DNA from: Candidatus Omnitrophota bacterium
GTDB lineage: Bacteria; Omnitrophota; Gorgyraeia; Gygaellales; Profunditerraquicolaceae
Direction of reading: 5' to 3'
NCBI GenBank assembly: GCA_043797735.1
Contig: JAZDPH010000044.1
Location: 1-52,656 of the forward strand
Length of the DNA: 52,656 nucleotides
Shown here: one piece after another, positions 7,889 to 17,160 of the stretch
Layout of the letters: each line of letters begins with the position of its first letter
How positions within the stretch are numbered: position 1 is the first letter of the stretch
Made by a program: the position numbers and the translations under genes
The notes under the pieces: generated by a model
The model's input: the letters and a program-made list of their open reading frames with translations, nothing else
The model's database searches: none
What the model was told of the DNA's origin: nothing

Positions 7889-9913
7889 TTAGCCTTTCAA
7901 AATCAGCTCTGCGGCATGGAGGACGTCGTCTACGGTTATCGCTTTCAGGCAGGCGAATTCCCTGACGCAGTTGTGCGCCAGGCACTCAATGCAGCCGGCG
8001 CTCTTATGCAAAACTTTGTCCTTTGCCCCCAGCGGCCCCCAGCGCTTGGGGCTTAAGCCTGCTTGAGCCCTGCCGAAGATAGAAATTACCGGGGTCCCGA
8101 CGGCAGAGGCAATATGCACCGGCCCTGAATCATTAGAGATAAACAGGCGGCATTTTTTTAGCACGGCGGCTAATTGGCTGACTGAGGTCCTTCCTGCCAG
8201 ATTCAACGCAGGAGTTCGCATCTTCTTTATTACCGCCTGCGCCTGAGCAATATCCTTGGGGCCGGCGATAACTAAAACCTTAAATTTATACTCTTCGGCC
8301 AGCCTATCGGCGGCCTCTGCAAAACGTTCGTTTGGCCAGACCTTAGAGGGACAGCTTGCCCCGGGATGGACTGCCAGGATTTTATCGTCATCGCTTATGC
8401 CGTTTTCTCCCAATACCTGTTTTACCCACTCCTCTGCTGCCGGCTTTACCGGCATAAATAAACTTTTATCAACGGCCTGGATCCCCAAATGCCTTAAGAT
8501 GTCTAAATTGTATTCTGCCTCGTGTTTCCGGCCTAACTGCTTTGTGTGTTTTATCCTCTCGGTAAGCAGAAACCCTAATTTGCGGCCATAGCCTATCCTT
8601 GCGGGTATGCCGGAAAAAAAAGTCACCAGATGCACGCGGTTTGTCGGATGCAGAATAACTGCCAGTTCAAATTTTTTCCTGCCAAGCGCAAGGGAAAACT
8701 TTAACGAACTCAACCACCCCTTGTGCCTGGTGTCCTTATCGTAAATTATCGCCTCATCCAGCCAGGGGTTGCCATCGGCAATATCTTTTGTGTAGGCGCT
8801 TACCATCATCGCAATATAAGCATTAGGATATGCCTCTCTTAACGCCCTGACCACCGGTGTGGAGAGCAAAACATCTCCAATGCGGTCGGTGCGCACAATA
8901 AGAATCCGCTTAAAATCATCGGGATGATGGATGATGGATGATGGATGATGGATGAATAAGGTTTCTGCTGCTCTCAGCACATCTTCAACCTTTATCAGAG
9001 ACATACAATCCAGAGTCCCAAACCTGCACTGCGCTTTTGCGCAGGGACGACAGAAGACCTCTTTTTTTACCACGGCGCTGTTGCAAGACCACGGCCCGTA
9101 CTTTTTATCGTCGGTGGGGCCAAATACCGCAAGCACCGCTATATTCAGGTAACTCCCCAAGTGCAACACTGCGCTGTCGTTGGTAACTAAGAGCTCCGCC
9201 TTTTTTAACAATGCCCCCAATTGATGGAGGCTGGTTTTTGCGCAAAGATTAATAAGCCCGGCCTTAGAGTTTTGCTGAATATAATCAGCAATCGGGGCAT
9301 CTTCGCCGTCGCCTACTAAAATTATCTTAAAGTTTTCCTGCGCAAACTGTGCACAAAGCCGGCTGAACTTATCCCTGTCCCATCTTTTAATATGGCTCCT
9401 TGCCCCCGGCGCCACCACGATTATCCTGTCCTCTTTTTTAACCTCATTCCTCTCTAATATATTATTAATGTATTCTTCATCTTCCGGGCAAAGCCGGAAA
9501 GATGTTTTTTCTATTTTTGGATTTTGGATTTTGGATTTTGGATTTTGGATTTTATAAAGGTGCCTCTCCCCCATATGCATTATCCCTTCGGGGATACGCA
9601 AAAATGCCGGCGTTTTGTATTTTGCAGGAAGTAAAACCCCAAAGAGGCTGTTGCGCAAATCGATAACCGCATCAAATTTCTCTTTTCTTAAGCGCAAAAA
9701 AAGCCTGAAGTTTTCTTTAATGCCCGAATGCTTACGATAGATAATGATATGCTCTATCCGCGGGTTGCCTTCAAATACTTCTTTCGGCCGCTCGCCGCAG
9801 ATTACCGTAATCCCTGCTTCGGGGAACTTCTCACAGAGAGAATCCAACAGCGGCAGGGTCAATATACAATCGCCGATATTGCTTAAAGTTATAAATAGGA
9901 TTTTGTTAACCAT
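7889..9913 (-). CDS. fused tandem GT9 heptosyltransferase (two ADP-heptose:LPS heptosyltransferase domains), 674 aa
   Basis: Two GT9-like N-termini (MVNKILFITLSNIGDCILTLP and KRILIVRTDRIGDVLLSTPVV), each followed by a GT9 C-terminal half. Heptamer SSR tracts lie at the domain junctions. Confidence 0.75.
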   Translation of the reverse strand: MVNKILFITLSNIGDCILTLPLLDSLCEKFPEAGITVICGERPKEVFEGNPRIEHIIIYRKHSGIKENFRLFLRLRKEKFDAVIDLRNSLFGVLLPAKYKTPAFLRIPEGIMHMGERHLYKIQNPKSKIQNPKIEKTSFRLCPEDEEYINNILERNEVKKEDRIIVVAPGARSHIKRWDRDKFSRLCAQFAQENFKIILVGDGEDAPIADYIQQNSKAGLINLCAKTSLHQLGALLKKAELLVTNDSAVLHLGSYLNIAVLAVFGPTDDKKYGPWSCNSAVVKKEVFCRPCAKAQCRFGTLDCMSLIKVEDVLRAAETLFIHHPSSIIHHPDDFKRILIVRTDRIGDVLLSTPVVRALREAYPNAYIAMMVSAYTKDIADGNPWLDEAIIYDKDTRHKGWLSSLKFSLALGRKKFELAVILHPTNRVHLVTFFSGIPARIGYGRKLGFLLTERIKHTKQLGRKHEAEYNLDILRHLGIQAVDKSLFMPVKPAAEEWVKQVLGENGISDDDKILAVHPGASCPSKVWPNERFAEAADRLAEEYKFKVLVIAGPKDIAQAQAVIKKMRTPALNLAGRTSVSQLAAVLKKCRLFISNDSGPVHIASAVGTPVISIFGRAQAGLSPKRWGPLGAKDKVLHKSAGCIECLAHNCVREFACLKAITVDDVLHAAELILKG
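8921..8956. repeat. (atgatgg)x4 heptanucleotide tandem repeat inside the GT9-GT9 gene
   Basis: Direct reading: gggatgatggatgatggatgatggatgatggatgaa. It encodes HHPSSIIHHP in the linker before the second GT9 domain. Confidence 0.9.
9514..9554. repeat. (attttgg)x5 heptanucleotide tandem repeat inside the GT9-GT9 gene
   Basis: Direct reading: tttttggattttggattttggattttggattttggatttta. It encodes KIQNPKSKIQNPK within the first GT9 domain. Confidence 0.9.
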
Positions 9914-9950
9914 GTTTTATTAAATTCGAAACAAATCTGGATTTTTACAC

Positions 9951-10090
9951 GAAATAACCAATAACCAAGATACAAGATACAAACAAATTACAATATTCAA
10001 TAACCAATGACAAACAGAAAACGTTTGGTTATTGGAATTTGGTTATTGGTTATTGTTTGGTTATTGTTTCTTGTACCTTGGTTATTTCGC
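9951..10090. repeat. dyad-symmetric intergenic repeat block built from aaccaat / attggtt heptamer-like units
   Basis: aataaccaataaccaagatacaagatacaaacaa ... ttggttattggaatttggttattggttattgtttggttattgtttcttgtaccttggttatt. The left and right arms are approximate reverse complements. A spurious plus-strand ORF at 10007-10333 is encoded by the repeat. Confidence 0.7.
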
Positions 10091-11119
10091 GTTTATATCT
10101 TTAATCCTATCGATTACATCTTCTACGCTTATCGCCTTCATGCAGCGATTGTCCTTACAGTGCACCACATAGCAGGGTACTTTGCAGCCGACGTCCTTGG
10201 AAATAACGGTAACGTTCTTTTGCGCAAACGGCCCGGTCAGCTCAGGCGAGGTCGGCCCGAAAAGGGCGATTATTTTCTTAGCCCCCACCGCAGCAGCGAT
10301 ATGCAGGGGGCCGGTATCGGCAGTGATGAATAAATCCGCTCTTCTGCACAATGCCCCCAATTGTTTTAAATTCAGTTCGCCTGCGGCAATCACCGGTTTA
10401 TTGCGCATTTTACTGCTAATGTCCAATGCCAGATGCCTGTCTTGTGCGGCCCCGCTGATAACGACTCTTGCCGCTGATTCCCCTATAAGCCTGTCTGCAA
10501 GCTGCGCCCAGTAATCCTTCGGCCAGCGTTTGGGAAGCCAGTTTCCGCCCGCATTTATCACCGCTAGAAAATTCCCTTCGCCTATAGAATTTCTTTTTAA
10601 AAACTCCCTTATGAATTTTTCGTCTTTCTTGCTTACGAAAAATTCCGGATACCTGTCTTCCACCTTTAAGCCCGCTTTTTCAATTATGGCCAGGTAATAA
10701 TCAATGCGATGGAGGCTGTCTTGTTTCGGGGGAAGGATTTTTTTGGAAAGAAGAAACCCGCGCTTTTTAGTAAGGTAGCCGATTATCGCGGGAATTCCGG
10801 CAAGGCGGCAGATAAGCGCGCGGCTAAAGGAACGGTGCAGTAAAAATGCGGTGTCAAATCTTTTGCTGCGCAAGAGTTTGGCAAACCTCAATTGCGCCAA
10901 AATACTCTTATGCCTGTCTCTATCGTTAAAAATAAGTACCTCATCCAGATGGGGATTTCCTTTGAGCACCGCATAACAACGCTCCGGAATTATACAAGAG
11001 ATAAAACTATCCGGAAAATTACGCCTGATATTTCTGATGACGGCGGTAGAAAACAACACATCCCCCACCCAGTTAACATTAAAGATGAGTATGCGCCTTG
11101 GTTTGGGCCCTTGCATCAT
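10082..11119 (-). CDS. GT9 family heptosyltransferase (WaaC/WaaF/WaaQ-like)
   Basis: RRILIFNVNWVGDVLFSTAVIRNI GT9 N-terminus; C-terminal GxTxxxHIAAAVGxP-like motif; 345 aa. Confidence 0.75.
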   Translation of the reverse strand: MMQGPKPRRILIFNVNWVGDVLFSTAVIRNIRRNFPDSFISCIIPERCYAVLKGNPHLDEVLIFNDRDRHKSILAQLRFAKLLRSKRFDTAFLLHRSFSRALICRLAGIPAIIGYLTKKRGFLLSKKILPPKQDSLHRIDYYLAIIEKAGLKVEDRYPEFFVSKKDEKFIREFLKRNSIGEGNFLAVINAGGNWLPKRWPKDYWAQLADRLIGESAARVVISGAAQDRHLALDISSKMRNKPVIAAGELNLKQLGALCRRADLFITADTGPLHIAAAVGAKKIIALFGPTSPELTGPFAQKNVTVISKDVGCKVPCYVVHCKDNRCMKAISVEDVIDRIKDINAK

Positions 11120-11910
11120 CTTCTGCGCCTCTCTTTCATAAAATTATAGAGCCCGCTGGTCTCTACCCAAAAGACAAATAAGTTGCCGGCATTTTCGGAG
11201 ATCCTTAACCTCTTTAAGGCAAAGATGTCGTCATCAGGATAATCCCTGCCCGGATGTGTCGCCGCCGCCGCTTTATATCCGGCGGCGATAACTAACTGCC
11301 TAATCTTCTGGTTGAATCCTCCTTCGGGATAACTAAAGACATTTACCTCCCCGCCTAACCGCTCCTGAAGCAGTCTGCGCGAATCAAATATCTGCCTCGC
11401 CAACTCCTCTTCGGATTTAATATTTACCAAAGGCTCCGGCCCCAGCGCGTGGCTGCCTATCTCAAATATACCGGAATCCCGCATCTGCTTAATCTGGCCC
11501 CAAGTAAGTTTATTTTTACTTAAGTCCCCCACCTCTTCCACAATCACAAAAGCTGTCGCCGCAAGCTCATACTTTTTCAATATGGGAAAGGCATTGGTAA
11601 AATTATCCCTATAGCCGTCATCAAAGGTTATGGCAATTGTTTTGTATGGAATTTTCTTTTTTTGCCGGATTAAATCGGCTAATTTCTCCAAGGTTATAAC
11701 ATTATAACGGTGAGCCTTGAGGAAGCGCATCTGCCTGTCGAAAGTCTTAATCGATACAACAAGACTGTCTCGGAATGTCGCCCCGGGTAAAACGCGGTGG
11801 TACATTATTATGGGCACTACGTAATGCCGGCTGGCAACGGCGATAAAAACAAGAACAGCCGAGATGAAAAAAATAAAAAATCCGATCACTATCCTTTTTA
11901 GCCAGCGCAT
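11116..11910 (-). CDS. polysaccharide deacetylase (NodB/CE4 family), membrane-anchored
   Basis: N-terminal TM helix; ITFDDGYRDNF NodB motif 1; 264 aa. Confidence 0.75.
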   Translation of the reverse strand: MRWLKRIVIGFFIFFISAVLVFIAVASRHYVVPIIMYHRVLPGATFRDSLVVSIKTFDRQMRFLKAHRYNVITLEKLADLIRQKKKIPYKTIAITFDDGYRDNFTNAFPILKKYELAATAFVIVEEVGDLSKNKLTWGQIKQMRDSGIFEIGSHALGPEPLVNIKSEEELARQIFDSRRLLQERLGGEVNVFSYPEGGFNQKIRQLVIAAGYKAAAATHPGRDYPDDDIFALKRLRISENAGNLFVFWVETSGLYNFMKERRRR

Positions 11911-12995
11911 CCTAAATAAACCTCTTCTGTTTCTCTAGCCATCTTCGTAAGCGAAAAATTCTTCTCTATAAAATCCCTGGCATTCGCGCCTAAGCGCCTG
12001 CTTTCTTCCGGGCTGCCCAAGAGCCTCAATATCGCATTGCTTAAACCCCCTACATCCTTTGGAGTAACTAATAGGCCGCTAAAACCATCTTGAATTAAAG
12101 TATTAATCCCGCCGACGCCGGAGGCGACAACGCACTTTGCGGCGGCCATCGCATCCATTAACGCCAAGCCCAGCCCTTCTTTTAGAGAAGGCATAACAAA
12201 GACATCCATAACCGAGAGGGCATCATTCATCTGTTTTACCGCAGCGGCAAACGATACCCTGCCGCCGATCCCCAGAGCATCAACGAGGCTGGCCAGCTTG
12301 CGCTTCATTTTACCCTCCCCGATAATTAATAGCTGTGCATCAGGGATTTGCCGCAGGACCTCTTTCATCGCCCTGATAAGATATTCCTGGCCCTTAACGT
12401 CGGAAAGCCGGCCGATGTTTCCTATAACCGGCCCTTTGCCGCTTAAGCCGAATCCCTCTCTTATCTGCTGCGGGCTGCCGGTAGGGGTGCCTCCGAACAT
12501 CTGGATATCAACGCCGTGATTTATCAGTTTTATCTTTTCCTCTCTGACGTTAAAGTCCTCTATCAGGTGCTGTCTTACCTCTCTGCTTATAGCGATTATT
12601 CTTTGGCCCCAGCAGGGAAAGATCCTGCGGGAGAGCCTTTTTTTAAAAAACCCGTGGCAGGTCCAGATATGCGGGATACCGCTGTGCCTGCTTAATAAAG
12701 CCCCCAGGACCTGCGTGGTCCGGCTGTTAGAATGTATAAGCCCGATATTTTCGCTTTTTACCAGCGGCAATAACTTCAAGAGGCTAAACAATATCCCGGG
12801 GCTGGCCTCGCATTTAGTCCTGATGGGAATAGGCAGGTAATTTAAGTCCTCCTTGATAAATTCCGCAAGCATCTGGCCTCCGCTTGAGGCGACATAAATA
12901 TTGTGCCCCCTTGCCTTAAGGGCCACCCCCAGGCGTAAGACATAGCTGGTTATTCCGCCGGCGTTGAGATGGTTGGTGAGATAGAGAATATTCAT
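11898..12995 (-). CDS. GT4 family glycosyltransferase
   Basis: MNILYLTNHLNAGGITSYVLRLG GT4 N-terminus; C-terminal E-x7-E-like region. The supplied ORF (to 13016) starts at a TTG inside the aaaatcc repeat; the ATG at 12993-12995 is the more plausible start. Confidence 0.75.
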   Translation of the reverse strand: MNILYLTNHLNAGGITSYVLRLGVALKARGHNIYVASSGGQMLAEFIKEDLNYLPIPIRTKCEASPGILFSLLKLLPLVKSENIGLIHSNSRTTQVLGALLSRHSGIPHIWTCHGFFKKRLSRRIFPCWGQRIIAISREVRQHLIEDFNVREEKIKLINHGVDIQMFGGTPTGSPQQIREGFGLSGKGPVIGNIGRLSDVKGQEYLIRAMKEVLRQIPDAQLLIIGEGKMKRKLASLVDALGIGGRVSFAAAVKQMNDALSVMDVFVMPSLKEGLGLALMDAMAAAKCVVASGVGGINTLIQDGFSGLLVTPKDVGGLSNAILRLLGSPEESRRLGANARDFIEKNFSLTKMARETEEVYLGCAG

Positions 12996-13000
12996 TCTTA

Positions 13001-13126
13001 AAAATCCAAAATCCAAAATCCAAATACTACCAAATAAATCCCAATTTCAAAATCCCAAAAAACATTTGGATTTGGGATTTGGGATTTATTTTGGATTTGG
13101 TAGTATTTGAAATTTGGATTTATCAT
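13001..13126. repeat. dyad-symmetric intergenic repeat block built from aaaatcc / ggatttt heptamer units
   Basis: (aaaatcc)x3 ...ccaaatactaccaaataaatcccaatttcaaaatcccaaaaaacatttggatttgggatttgggatttattttggatttggtagtatttg. It is a near-perfect long palindrome centred near 13070. Confidence 0.75.
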
Positions 13127-15220
13127 TTACAATTTTAACAATCTATCCACCGCCTCCAGCACTTCCTGCGGCTTAATCAACTCCATGCACTCTTTATGCC
13201 TGCACTTTGATTTATAGCAGGGGCTGCAGGCTAGATTTTTTTTGAGCACCACACAATTGTTTACCGGCGGCAGATGGCGGCGGGGGTCGGTAGGGCCAAA
13301 AAGCGCAACAGTCGGCACCCCCATCGCCGCGGCAATATGCAGCGGGGCGGAATCAACGCAAATATAGGCGCAGCATTTTTTTATTAAGCAGGCCAGCTGA
13401 TTAACCGTGGTCTTGCCGCAGGCGTTAATCAGTTTAATGTTCTTAACCGCGCCTATTAGCGCGCCTGCCTCCTCGGCATCATCTTCTGAGCCGGTGATTA
13501 CCACCCGCATATCGCGGCCGGCCAACTCCTGGCATAATTTCACGATGTGCGGGCGCGGCCAGCTTTTACTAACCCACCTGCGGCTGGCGCTAAGATTTAT
13601 GCCGACAATCCTCTGATTCTGCGTCAACCACTGCGAATTTAACAACTCCTCGATATGCCTATAGTCTTCTTTTGAAAGCCAGAGCTCCAGGCGCGCATCC
13701 TTAAACTCTATCCCTAACATCTCCAGTATCCTGAACTGATGCCTTAGCGGATCCACGCCCGGCTTTTCATCTTTTATGCTGTGATTAATCAAAAAGCCGA
13801 ATTTTCCATTGTCATAACCATAGCGCAAAGGGCCCCCGCTTAAAAACGACAAGATATGGCTCTTGCGGTTATTCTGCAGGTCAATTACCATATCAAAACT
13901 CTTCCTGCGCAAAACTCCTGCCAACTTAATCAACCCCGCCAAGCCTTTATCCTTATTTTTAAAATCAGCAACAATCAATTCGTCTATGTAGGGGCAGGCC
14001 AGGAGCAGTTCCTTGAATTCTTCCGCGACCAGAAGGCTGATTTTGTAATTATGCAGGAACTTCTTTCTTATCTCTCTGATCGCCGCCGTGGAGAGAATGA
14101 TATCCCCCAGGGAACTTGTTTTTATAATTAAAATCTTGCGGTTTCCCAGCGCCTCCCGATAAACATCCAAGGTGCTTTTTGCCATCTGTTCCAGCGTATA
14201 ATTATTTAGGATCTTTTTATAAGCATTCTGCGCTAAAAAACGCGCCAACTCTTTATCCTCAAAGACCCTTATAGCGGCAGAAGCCATCGCTGCCGGATCC
14301 GCGGGAGGCACAAGCAGGCCGTTAACATTATTCTCAATTATATCCACAACGCCGCCGACCTTAGTTGCCACTACCGGCACGCCGCAGGCTTGCGCCTCTA
14401 TAATCACCCTGCCGAAGGTTTCATGAGTTACGCTGGCCAACACCAGAAGGTCCAACTGAGACAAAATCCCGGGGATATCCCTCTGCGTACCCAGGAATTC
14501 GGTGCAGTTCCACAACCCCTGCCGCCTGACTAATGCCTGCAGCTGTTCTTTATAAACCTGCCTTGCGGCCGGGACATCTCCGACGATCCAGATTTTTAGT
14601 TTCAGGACGGCTCGGGAAACCCTGCTCATCGCCCTGATAAAATCCGGATGGCCTTTTAAAGGGGTAATCCTGCCTATAATACCCACATGAAACTCTTCTT
14701 TTCTTTTTTGCGCCGGGTCTCTATATTTAAACTTTTCCAAATCCACACTGCGCGGTATCAGCCGTATCCGTTCATGCTCTACCCCGAAATCATCAATCAT
14801 GTGCCGGGCAACGACATTGCTTGAAACGATTACCCTCCTGCCCCAGCCCATTACGCTGCTTAAGAATTGCTTGCTGTAATAACCGTGGCAGGTAGTTACG
14901 AATACGGCAGCAGAGCCGCGGCTGGCAAAATAGGCGATCCAGGCCGGAATGCGGGAACGCGCATGCACAATATCTATCTCTTCCCTCCTGATAATCTCCT
15001 TCAAGCGCGGTATGCACTTTATAATTGAAAAAAGTGACTTTTTGTGCACCGGCAGCTCGTAATGAACGGCCCCGCTTTCTTCCAGCTCTTTAACCAATAC
15101 TCCGCCGCCGGAAACAACCACTGCCTTATGGCCCTCTCCTACCATATACTTTGCCAAATCTAACGTACCGGTCTCAACACCCCCGACGTTTAATTCCGGA
15201 AGAACCTGCAGTATGTTCAT
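13127..15220 (-). CDS. fusion glycosyltransferase: N-terminal GT4 domain + C-terminal GT9 heptosyltransferase domain, 697 aa
   Basis: N-terminus MNILQVLPELNVGGVETGTLDLAKYM (GT4); residues ~360 onward RKILIIKTSSLGDIILSTAAIREIRKKF (GT9). Confidence 0.75.
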   Translation of the reverse strand: MNILQVLPELNVGGVETGTLDLAKYMVGEGHKAVVVSGGGVLVKELEESGAVHYELPVHKKSLFSIIKCIPRLKEIIRREEIDIVHARSRIPAWIAYFASRGSAAVFVTTCHGYYSKQFLSSVMGWGRRVIVSSNVVARHMIDDFGVEHERIRLIPRSVDLEKFKYRDPAQKRKEEFHVGIIGRITPLKGHPDFIRAMSRVSRAVLKLKIWIVGDVPAARQVYKEQLQALVRRQGLWNCTEFLGTQRDIPGILSQLDLLVLASVTHETFGRVIIEAQACGVPVVATKVGGVVDIIENNVNGLLVPPADPAAMASAAIRVFEDKELARFLAQNAYKKILNNYTLEQMAKSTLDVYREALGNRKILIIKTSSLGDIILSTAAIREIRKKFLHNYKISLLVAEEFKELLLACPYIDELIVADFKNKDKGLAGLIKLAGVLRRKSFDMVIDLQNNRKSHILSFLSGGPLRYGYDNGKFGFLINHSIKDEKPGVDPLRHQFRILEMLGIEFKDARLELWLSKEDYRHIEELLNSQWLTQNQRIVGINLSASRRWVSKSWPRPHIVKLCQELAGRDMRVVITGSEDDAEEAGALIGAVKNIKLINACGKTTVNQLACLIKKCCAYICVDSAPLHIAAAMGVPTVALFGPTDPRRHLPPVNNCVVLKKNLACSPCYKSKCRHKECMELIKPQEVLEAVDRLLKL

Positions 15221-17160
15221 ATTAACAGTTTTACCGCCTCCCTGACGGGCAAGGCATCCTCTAAATAGTTTACCTGCGGCTTATTGCGCCAGATATCCTC
15301 AATTGCCTTGCCCAGGCCCCCTGCCTCAACCAGGGATATGTATTTATTCTCCTTAAAGTAATTCAGAAACCTGCGCTGCCTCTTTTTTAATCCCGGCCCG
15401 TTAAAAACTAAAACATGCTTTTTGCTGCTGGCCGCCTCGGAAATCATGGAGATGCTTTCCGGCGAGGTAATGAGGATGCTGCTTAAATGCAATATCCCGC
15501 CTACGGCAGAGGGAATATTTTTTTTATTGGCCAACACCAGCAATTTACAACGAGGATAATCTTTGAATTCGTCCTCTATTAAATCTTCTACTGCAGCTGA
15601 CGTCCTGCGCGAGGTAGTCAGTAATACTTCAGCGCCCAGCCCCTGGCAGGCGCGCTTTACCTCTCTGGCGGCCTCCGCGGCCAAGGCTTTGTTTAATTTG
15701 AAATCTTTTGTATTGCCTCCGATGAGCAGCCCGATATAGAAACCCTCTTTAAGCCCTGCCGCCTGCATTAATTTCCCGCCCTGCTCCTTTAAATACCCGT
15801 CGTTTATCAAATTCAAGGCCCCCTCGGTTACAATTATATTTTTCCTGCGCGGGGGCAGGTCGTGGCGGGGTATAACCGCTAAATCAAATCTTTTTGTGCT
15901 TAAAATGGACGGCCGCATAATCACAACGGATTTGGCTAAATTTTCCCGCGCCAATAAAAAATTAACCGGCGCAAGAGAGGCCCCGCAGGAAATTATAAAA
16001 TCGTACTTTTTACTTATCAGTAAACTATATGCTTTTTTGTCTAAGGCCGCCTTAAGGCATTTTAAACAGCCCTGGCAGCGGTATTTGCCGGATAAACAAA
16101 TGCCTAAGGATAAAGCGCGCCTGGCGAATCTATTCTTGAATTTGGCCTCTACGATACTAATCGCGGCAGTATTGTTTCTTTCTTTAAGGCCGGCGCATAG
16201 ATGCGCCGCTAGCGCCTCTGACTGCCTTAAGTGCCCGGCCTTTGCGTCGCTTAAGATAAGTATGTTTTTATCCAGGCCGTACTTCCAGATTTTATAAAAC
16301 CAAAGGTACTCCTTTGGGTAGGAAGTAATATATTTCTCAAAGACTGAAACCAGCGCCTCCAGGTTATTATGCACGTCCTTATCGCGTTCTCCTGTTTTTT
16401 TAACCTCAAAAGGAGGCGCAAAAATAACCCTGATATACGGCCCCTTCAGGCGCACATAAAAACAGGGGATAATCGTGGCCCCGCTCTTTAAGGCTAATTT
16501 TACGCCGCCGGTGCTCATCGAGGCGCTGCGGCCGAAAAAATTAACCGGCATACCGCGCTTGCCCCCCTGGTCAGCGGTAATCCCGATGGCCTCGTTTTTC
16601 TTGAGCACTTCTATTAACTGCCGCAGCTGGTTCGCCCGCTGGATTACCCTGCAGCCCTGCTGGAGGCGGTATGAACCAAGGATTCTGTCCAGGCGCGGGT
16701 ATTTCTGGTCGCGCACAAAAAAATTAAAGGGAAAGGCCAGGTGCGCGCAGATGATATTGGAAAGCTCCCAGCTGCCCTCATGCATGGCAAGAAGAATAAT
16801 ACCCTTACCCTTATCAAAGGCGGCCTGCACATTCTCCTGCCCGACAATTTCTATGTATTCCTTCAGGTAATTTTTATCTACCTGAGGAATAAGAAATATC
16901 TCTATTATATTTTCGCCGAAGGTCCGGTAAAAATCGCGGGTGATTTTTTTCAACTCTTGCGGCGCAAGCTTATCGCCAAATGCCGTTTTTATATTGGAAT
17001 ACGCCACTGCCCTGTGCTCGGTCTCAAGATGATAAACCAGGCTCCCCAGCCTTCTTCCCAAAAACAGGCTGAAAGCCTTAGGCAAATGCCTTGCCAGCGG
17101 CCCCGATATTTTAAAGAGGCTGCAGAGCAAGTAGTCTATTATGAAATCTCTCTTTGTCAT
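15217..17160 (-). CDS. lpxL: lipid A late acyltransferase (LpxL/HtrB family) fused to a C-terminal ELM1/GtrOC1-like putative glycosyltransferase domain, 647 aa
   Basis: The N-terminal ~290 aa have a lysophospholipid acyltransferase fold with the HEGSWE motif (LLAMHEGSWELS). The C-terminal half begins ILILSDAKAGHLRQSEALAAHL, resembling the ELM1-family start ILSDGKPGHENQSLGLAEAL. Confidence 0.65.
   Translation of the reverse strand: MTKRDFIIDYLLCSLFKISGPLARHLPKAFSLFLGRRLGSLVYHLETEHRAVAYSNIKTAFGDKLAPQELKKITRDFYRTFGENIIEIFLIPQVDKNYLKEYIEIVGQENVQAAFDKGKGIILLAMHEGSWELSNIICAHLAFPFNFFVRDQKYPRLDRILGSYRLQQGCRVIQRANQLRQLIEVLKKNEAIGITADQGGKRGMPVNFFGRSASMSTGGVKLALKSGATIIPCFYVRLKGPYIRVIFAPPFEVKKTGERDKDVHNNLEALVSVFEKYITSYPKEYLWFYKIWKYGLDKNILILSDAKAGHLRQSEALAAHLCAGLKERNNTAAISIVEAKFKNRFARRALSLGICLSGKYRCQGCLKCLKAALDKKAYSLLISKKYDFIISCGASLAPVNFLLARENLAKSVVIMRPSILSTKRFDLAVIPRHDLPPRRKNIIVTEGALNLINDGYLKEQGGKLMQAAGLKEGFYIGLLIGGNTKDFKLNKALAAEAAREVKRACQGLGAEVLLTTSRRTSAAVEDLIEDEFKDYPRCKLLVLANKKNIPSAVGGILHLSSILITSPESISMISEAASSKKHVLVFNGPGLKKRQRRFLNYFKENKYISLVEAGGLGKAIEDIWRNKPQVNYLEDALPVREAVKLLI

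Noticed and set aside
8921-9560. Considered whether the short tandem repeat arrays (here and at 13001-13126, 24742-24777, 40879-40915) could be CRISPR arrays
   Set aside because: Units are 6-8 nt, directly tandem with no unique spacers, far below CRISPR repeat length. No cas genes are in the window.
10007-10333. Plus-strand ORF of 108 aa (MTNRKRLVIGIWLLVIVWLLF...)
   Set aside because: The N-terminal half is translated from the ttggtta heptamer repeat block. The remainder is antisense to the GT9 gene at 10082-11119. It is spurious.
12996-13016. N-terminal extension MDFGFLR of the GT4 ORF in the track
   Set aside because: It begins at a TTG inside the (aaaatcc) repeat. The downstream ATG gives the canonical GT4 N-terminus MNILYLT, so the extension is most likely not translated.
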